Positions 60,516 to 64,000 of a stretch of DNA of 64,000 nucleotides are shown here, in pieces. The translations under genes were made by a program, and so were the position numbers. Each line of letters begins with the position of its first letter. Position 1 is the stretch's first letter. A model generated the notes under the pieces. The model was not told the origin of the DNA. It searched no databases and saw only the letters and a list, made by a program, of their open reading frames with translations. The DNA is taken from NCBI GenBank assembly GCA_965262385.1, contig CBDHFB010000016.1:2011381-2075380 (forward strand). The letters run 5' to 3'. The DNA comes from Dehalococcoidia bacterium. Its GTDB lineage: Bacteria; Chloroflexota; Dehalococcoidia; Lucifugimonadales; CATOSD01.

Positions 60516-61511
60516 TTAGCCGCGCCGACGCCGGTTGCGCCACCACCGCCGCATCCGCAGCGCGGTCGCGGGACGGGTGCGCAGATTGGCCGTGACCTGC
60601 CCTATCAGCGCCGGGTTGCCGACCGCCACCGGCATCACCCACCGGCGCAGCTCGCGCATGGTCGTCTCGCCGGAGCGCCATGAAGGCACCAGCGAGTCCG
60701 CGCGCTCCCATCGCGTCTCCCGCGCCAGGCCCAGCAGATGGCGCTCGCGCCGCCCGAGCGTGACCTGCGCCCCGGCCTCCGCGGCCACGGCCAGGCCGCC
60801 CGCCACGTCCCACAGGTGCGGCCCGGTGGTGATCGCGTACTGGGTTACGCCCATGGCCACCATCGCCATGTCATAGGCGATGCTGCCCAGGTTGCGCAAC
60901 TCGCCCACCTTGCCACGCATGGGCCCTCGAAAGGCGTAGGCGGCGCCGAAGTAGGCGGGCAGCGTGACGAGCCGGCTGCCGTGCGGCTCGGCCTCGGCGT
61001 AGACGCCTATCGGCTCGTCTGCCGCGAACGCTCCGCCGCCGCGGCGGGCCCGCAGCACGAGGCCGCCCTCGCCCGGCCAGGGGATGAACAAGGCGCCGGC
61101 GACGGGCGCTCCCCTGTGCAGCACGCCGATGGAGCAGGAGTACACGGGAAGGCCATTCAGGAAGTTGCGCGTGCCGTCGAGGGGGTCGAGCACCCAGACT
61201 GTGTCAGGGGCCGGCGCGTCCTCCTTCTCCTTGTCCTCCTCCTCCTCACCCAATATGCCGTGCTCCGGGAACCGCTCGGCTATCGCGTCGACCAGATGGC
61301 GCTGGCACTCGGTGTCAGCGTTGGTCACCGGGTCGCGCTCCCGCTTGTCCTTGAACTCGATGCTGAGGGCGCCCAGGCTGCGGAAGTGCCGGGCCAGGAT
61401 TTCGCCAGCCTCGCCGGCCATGCTCGCGGCGAGGGACTCAATCTCGGCGAGCGGAAGATCCGCTACGCTTTGCGGGATGGGTGTGGTCAAAGGGCCAGGC
61501 TCCTCCCTCAT
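60516..61511 (-). CDS. Inositol monophosphatase family protein (SuhB-like) with a basic C-terminal extension
   Basis: ...ILGEEE...WVLDPLDGTRNF..., ...WDVAGG... Confidence 0.85.
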   Translation of the reverse strand: MREEPGPLTTPIPQSVADLPLAEIESLAASMAGEAGEILARHFRSLGALSIEFKDKRERDPVTNADTECQRHLVDAIAERFPEHGILGEEEEDKEKEDAPAPDTVWVLDPLDGTRNFLNGLPVYSCSIGVLHRGAPVAGALFIPWPGEGGLVLRARRGGGAFAADEPIGVYAEAEPHGSRLVTLPAYFGAAYAFRGPMRGKVGELRNLGSIAYDMAMVAMGVTQYAITTGPHLWDVAGGLAVAAEAGAQVTLGRRERHLLGLARETRWERADSLVPSWRSGETTMRELRRWVMPVAVGNPALIGQVTANLRTRPATALRMRRWWRNRRRRG

Positions 61512-61620
61512 GGACCGGCTATCAAGGCGTGGGTGACGGCTGCTGCCCCATCGGGGGGAATTGGGCGGGCCTTAGACCCACTCCAACCGGCGCAGTTGCC
61601 GCGAAAGCGCGCGTCGGTCT

Positions 61621-62520
61621 CTAGCGCATCTCTCTCGGCAGCACAAAGCTGACGTCCTCGTTGGCGCCCGCTATGGTGGTCACGTCGTCAGGGGCGATCG
61701 CGTCGATTACGGCCATCACCAGTTCGTCGGGGGTGGACGCGCCCGAGGTGATCCCCACGCTGTCGACGCCCTCCAGCCACGCGAGGTCGAGCTCTTCTGG
61801 GCCATTCAGCAGGTAGGCCGTGGCGCCGTTCGCCTCGGCCACTTCGCGGAGCCGGTTGCAGTTGGAGCTGTTGGCCGCCCCGATCACCAGCACCAGATTC
61901 GACAGCTTGGCCAGCTCTCTTACAGCGGTCTGGCGGTTCGTGGTCGCGTAGCACAGATCGTTGCGCACGATGACGTCGGGGAAGCGCTCGCTTATCTCGT
62001 CTATCGACCGCTCGGTGTCGTCGACCGACAGCGTCGTCTGGGTCAGCACCGTCACCGGCGTGCTGTCCGACCAGTCGGGCAGCCGGACGCCCTCTCTGTC
62101 GTCGACCAGGTACATGGGGTGTTGGCCCATCGTGCCCTTCACTTCCTGGTGGCCGCGGTGCCCGACGAGGATGAGCTTTCTGTCTTCGCGTGCGTACTTC
62201 TTGGCCTCGTTGTGCACCTTTGTCACAAGGGGACAAGTCGCGTCGATGACCTTCAGGCCGCGCGCGGCCGCCGTGCTGAAATCCTCCGGGGGCGAGCCGT
62301 GGGCCGAGAACACGACAGTCGAGCCTTCAGGGATTTCGTCCACGTCCTCGACGGTCACCGCGCCCTTGCGTTCGAGCGAGCTGACCACGTAGGGATTGTG
62401 GACTATCTGGTGCTTCACGTAGACGGGGGCGCCGAATCGTTGGAGGGCGATCTCAACGATTTCGATAGCGCGGACGACGCCGGCGCAGAATCCGCGCGGT
62501 ACACCGAGGTAGACTTTCAT
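61621..62520 (-). CDS. ispH: 4-hydroxy-3-methylbut-2-enyl diphosphate reductase
   Basis: PRGFCAGVVRAIEIV..., FSAHG..., ATCPLVTKVH, VGHRGHQEV... Confidence 0.95.
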   Translation of the reverse strand: MKVYLGVPRGFCAGVVRAIEIVEIALQRFGAPVYVKHQIVHNPYVVSSLERKGAVTVEDVDEIPEGSTVVFSAHGSPPEDFSTAAARGLKVIDATCPLVTKVHNEAKKYAREDRKLILVGHRGHQEVKGTMGQHPMYLVDDREGVRLPDWSDSTPVTVLTQTTLSVDDTERSIDEISERFPDVIVRNDLCYATTNRQTAVRELAKLSNLVLVIGAANSSNCNRLREVAEANGATAYLLNGPEELDLAWLEGVDSVGITSGASTPDELVMAVIDAIAPDDVTTIAGANEDVSFVLPREMR

Positions 62521-62665
62521 GGGGAGCCTCTCTTGCCTATGGGCTGGACGTTAAGGCATTTCCACTGGCGGCAGGCCGCCGGCGCAGCCCAATTATAGCA
62601 CCAATCGCCGCGCAGTCCGGCGCCGCGTTCACCGGCCTACATTTCTCCCCCGTCGGTCTGTTTTC

Positions 62666-62853
62666 GTGTCATTCCGAGCTTGCCGGGGAATCTCGTGTCA
62701 TTCCGAGCTTGCCGAGGAATCTAAGGCGTTAGCCAGCCAGGCCGCCCAACTGTTGCCACCAACGCAGTAGTGCAAGTCCCGTCACCAGAGCGGGCGTTGG
62801 CCGCAGACGGAGCCGCCAGATTCCTCGGCTACGCTCGGAATGACAGGGGTGAG
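62666..62853. repeat. REP-C: two direct copies (62666-62722) and one inverted copy (62818-62853)
   Basis: GTGTCATTCCGAGCTTGCCG(G/A)GGAATCT x2, and AGATTCCTCGGCTACGCTCGGAATGACAGGGGTGAG. Confidence 0.85.
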
Positions 62854-63566
62854 ACCGTGCCGTCCTCTGCCAGCTTCTCGAGCGCATGCTGCGCGGCCTC
62901 CCGTTCGGCGGCGGCCTTGCGCGGGCCGCTGCCCCGGGCCAGCGGCTTGCCGGCCACCAACACCTCGGCGGTGAACGTGCGCGCGTGGTGCGCGCCCTCC
63001 TCGCCGACTACGCGGTATGTCGGCGGCTCGAAGCCCTGGGCCTGCAGGGCTTCCTGCAGCAGGGACTTGGGGCTTTTCGGCGTCGAGGGGTCGGGGATGG
63101 CGCCCATTTCGGCAGAGAGAGCGCGAGTGGTGAAGCCGCGCGCCGCCTCGAACCCCTGGTCCAGGAAGACCGCGCCCGCCATCGCCTCGAACAAAGCCGC
63201 CAGGTTCGAGGTGCGCTCGCGTCCGCCGCTGGCGTCTTCGCCAAGCCCCATCAGCAGGAAGCGACCCAGGTCCAGCGAGCGGGCCACGCGGGCAAGCGTC
63301 TCGTCCTGCACCAGCGCGGCCCGCAGCGAGGTCAGGTCGCCCTCGTGCTGCGCCGGGCGTTCCGTATACGCGCGCTCGGCCACCACCAGGCCGACGAGCG
63401 CGTCGCCCAGAAACTCGAGGCGCTCGTTGGACACGCCGCCGACGCCCGGGTTCTCGTTCGCGTAGGAGCTGTGGGTGAAGGCGAGCCTCAGCAGCCCCGA
63501 GTCTTCGAAGGGGATGCCCAGGCCGCGGGCGAGGGTGTCAAGGTCGTGCGGTTCGTCTGCGCGCAC
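62829..63566 (-). CDS. rnc: Ribonuclease III
   Basis: NERLEFLGDALVG signature plus a C-terminal dsRBD. GTG start at 63566. The longer ORF-track N-terminus is Pro/Arg/Ser-rich filler. Confidence 0.9.
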   Translation of the reverse strand: MRADEPHDLDTLARGLGIPFEDSGLLRLAFTHSSYANENPGVGGVSNERLEFLGDALVGLVVAERAYTERPAQHEGDLTSLRAALVQDETLARVARSLDLGRFLLMGLGEDASGGRERTSNLAALFEAMAGAVFLDQGFEAARGFTTRALSAEMGAIPDPSTPKSPKSLLQEALQAQGFEPPTYRVVGEEGAHHARTFTAEVLVAGKPLARGSGPRKAAAEREAAQHALEKLAEDGTVSPLSFRA

Positions 63567-63699
63567 TTGGAGGGGAATACTCCGTGAGAGGCACACGCTG
63601 CCTGCCGGCGCGGCGCGTGGCAGCGGCGTCGCAAAAGCGGACGCGGACGGGAGGGCCCGGCGGCCCGTCCACGTCCGCGTGCATGGTGGTTGCAGCTGG

Positions 63700-64000
63700 T
63701 TAGCTGACCGCGCCCTTGGGCCAGGGCGGCTGCGGGCGCTTAATCTCGCCGAAGTAGGCCCTGTGGCCGGCCGTGGCCATGAAGCTATCGAAGGCGGCCA
63801 CGGAGTCGTACTCCGGAGGGATGAAGGTCTTGAGATAGGCGGAGGTGCCGTTCTCGAAAATGAAGGTGGGCGTTCCGAAGATGCCCTCGGCGGACGCCTC
63901 CTCGTGCTCCCTGCCGATGATCTCGGCCAGGTTGGGGTCCTTGAGGTCCTCGCGGAAGCGGCCAACGTCGAGGCCGACGGCCTCGGCCAGATCGACCAGC
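63700..64000 (-). CDS. DsbA-like thioredoxin-fold protein, 5' partial (runs off the window)
   Basis: My translation reads ...LAEIIGREHEEASAEGIFGTPTFIFENGTSAYLKTF...EIKRPQPPWPKGAVS with the stop at 63700-63702. It is not in the ORF track because no start codon lies in the window. Confidence 0.55.
   Translation of the reverse strand, partial: LVDLAEAVGLDVGRFREDLKDPNLAEIIGREHEEASAEGIFGTPTFIFENGTSAYLKTFIPPEYDSVAAFDSFMATAGHRAYFGEIKRPQPPWPKGAVS

Noticed and set aside
60738-63965. ORFs 60738-61652, 61688-62236, 62770-63465 and 62886-63587, and the N-terminal 133 codons of 62829-63965
   Set aside because: They are antisense or alternative frames of the phosphatase, ispH and rnc genes. The rnc N-terminal extension is Pro/Arg/Ser filler upstream of a GTG start.

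Overview
This is a high-G+C bacterial chromosomal segment. The taxon cannot be fixed from sequence alone. The F420-type LLM oxidoreductase, the many amidohydrolases and peptidases, and the abundant intergenic hairpin repeats suggest a Chloroflexota-like organism, but that is only a guess.

The core genes are mostly on the minus strand:
- queG
- a peptide-type ABC importer (SBP plus two permeases, no ATPase) with an AtzG-like/amidase pair, a DUF4392 protein and an M24 peptidase
- a class I/II aminotransferase and an amidohydrolase
- Mrp/ApbC plus a DUF59 Fe-S protein
- a PHP phosphoesterase, a MaoC hotdog pair, cysC and a TreT-like GT4
- two tandem M20 amidohydrolases, pepN, a crotonase, a nitroreductase, an LLM oxidoreductase and an MBL hydrolase
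- a SuhB-like phosphatase, ispH, rnc and a partial DsbA-like gene

The core is interrupted by several visibly AT-richer accessory segments (judged by eye, not computed):
1. 1-7560: three IS elements, one IS remnant and an ABC-2 exporter.
2. 10340-17320: a plus-strand block of secreted GH99-like paralogs, a PKD protein and a collagen-like protein.
3. 25690-32250: an island abutting tRNA-Leu(UAG). It holds an uncharacterised overlapping two-gene cassette, an IS1595 transposase, an anomalous type-II tRNA with anticodon GCC, two DUF805 genes and a CAP-domain gene.
4. 34728-36058: a complete IS4-family element.
5. 39950-43290: an AIPR abortive-infection gene flanked by IS ends.
6. 50260-51615: a HAD-like gene plus an unknown gene.
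7. 58040-60520: a secreted trypsin-like protease.

Three intergenic repeat families (called REP-A, REP-B and REP-C here) and a duplicated ~206-nt iteron-bearing element are present. No rRNA genes, CRISPR array or cas genes were seen.

The best candidates for something new are the two-gene cassette at 25858-27497, the Leu-like tRNA with a Gly anticodon at 29133-29216, the 206-nt element that sits at two island borders, and the HAD-plus-unknown islet.
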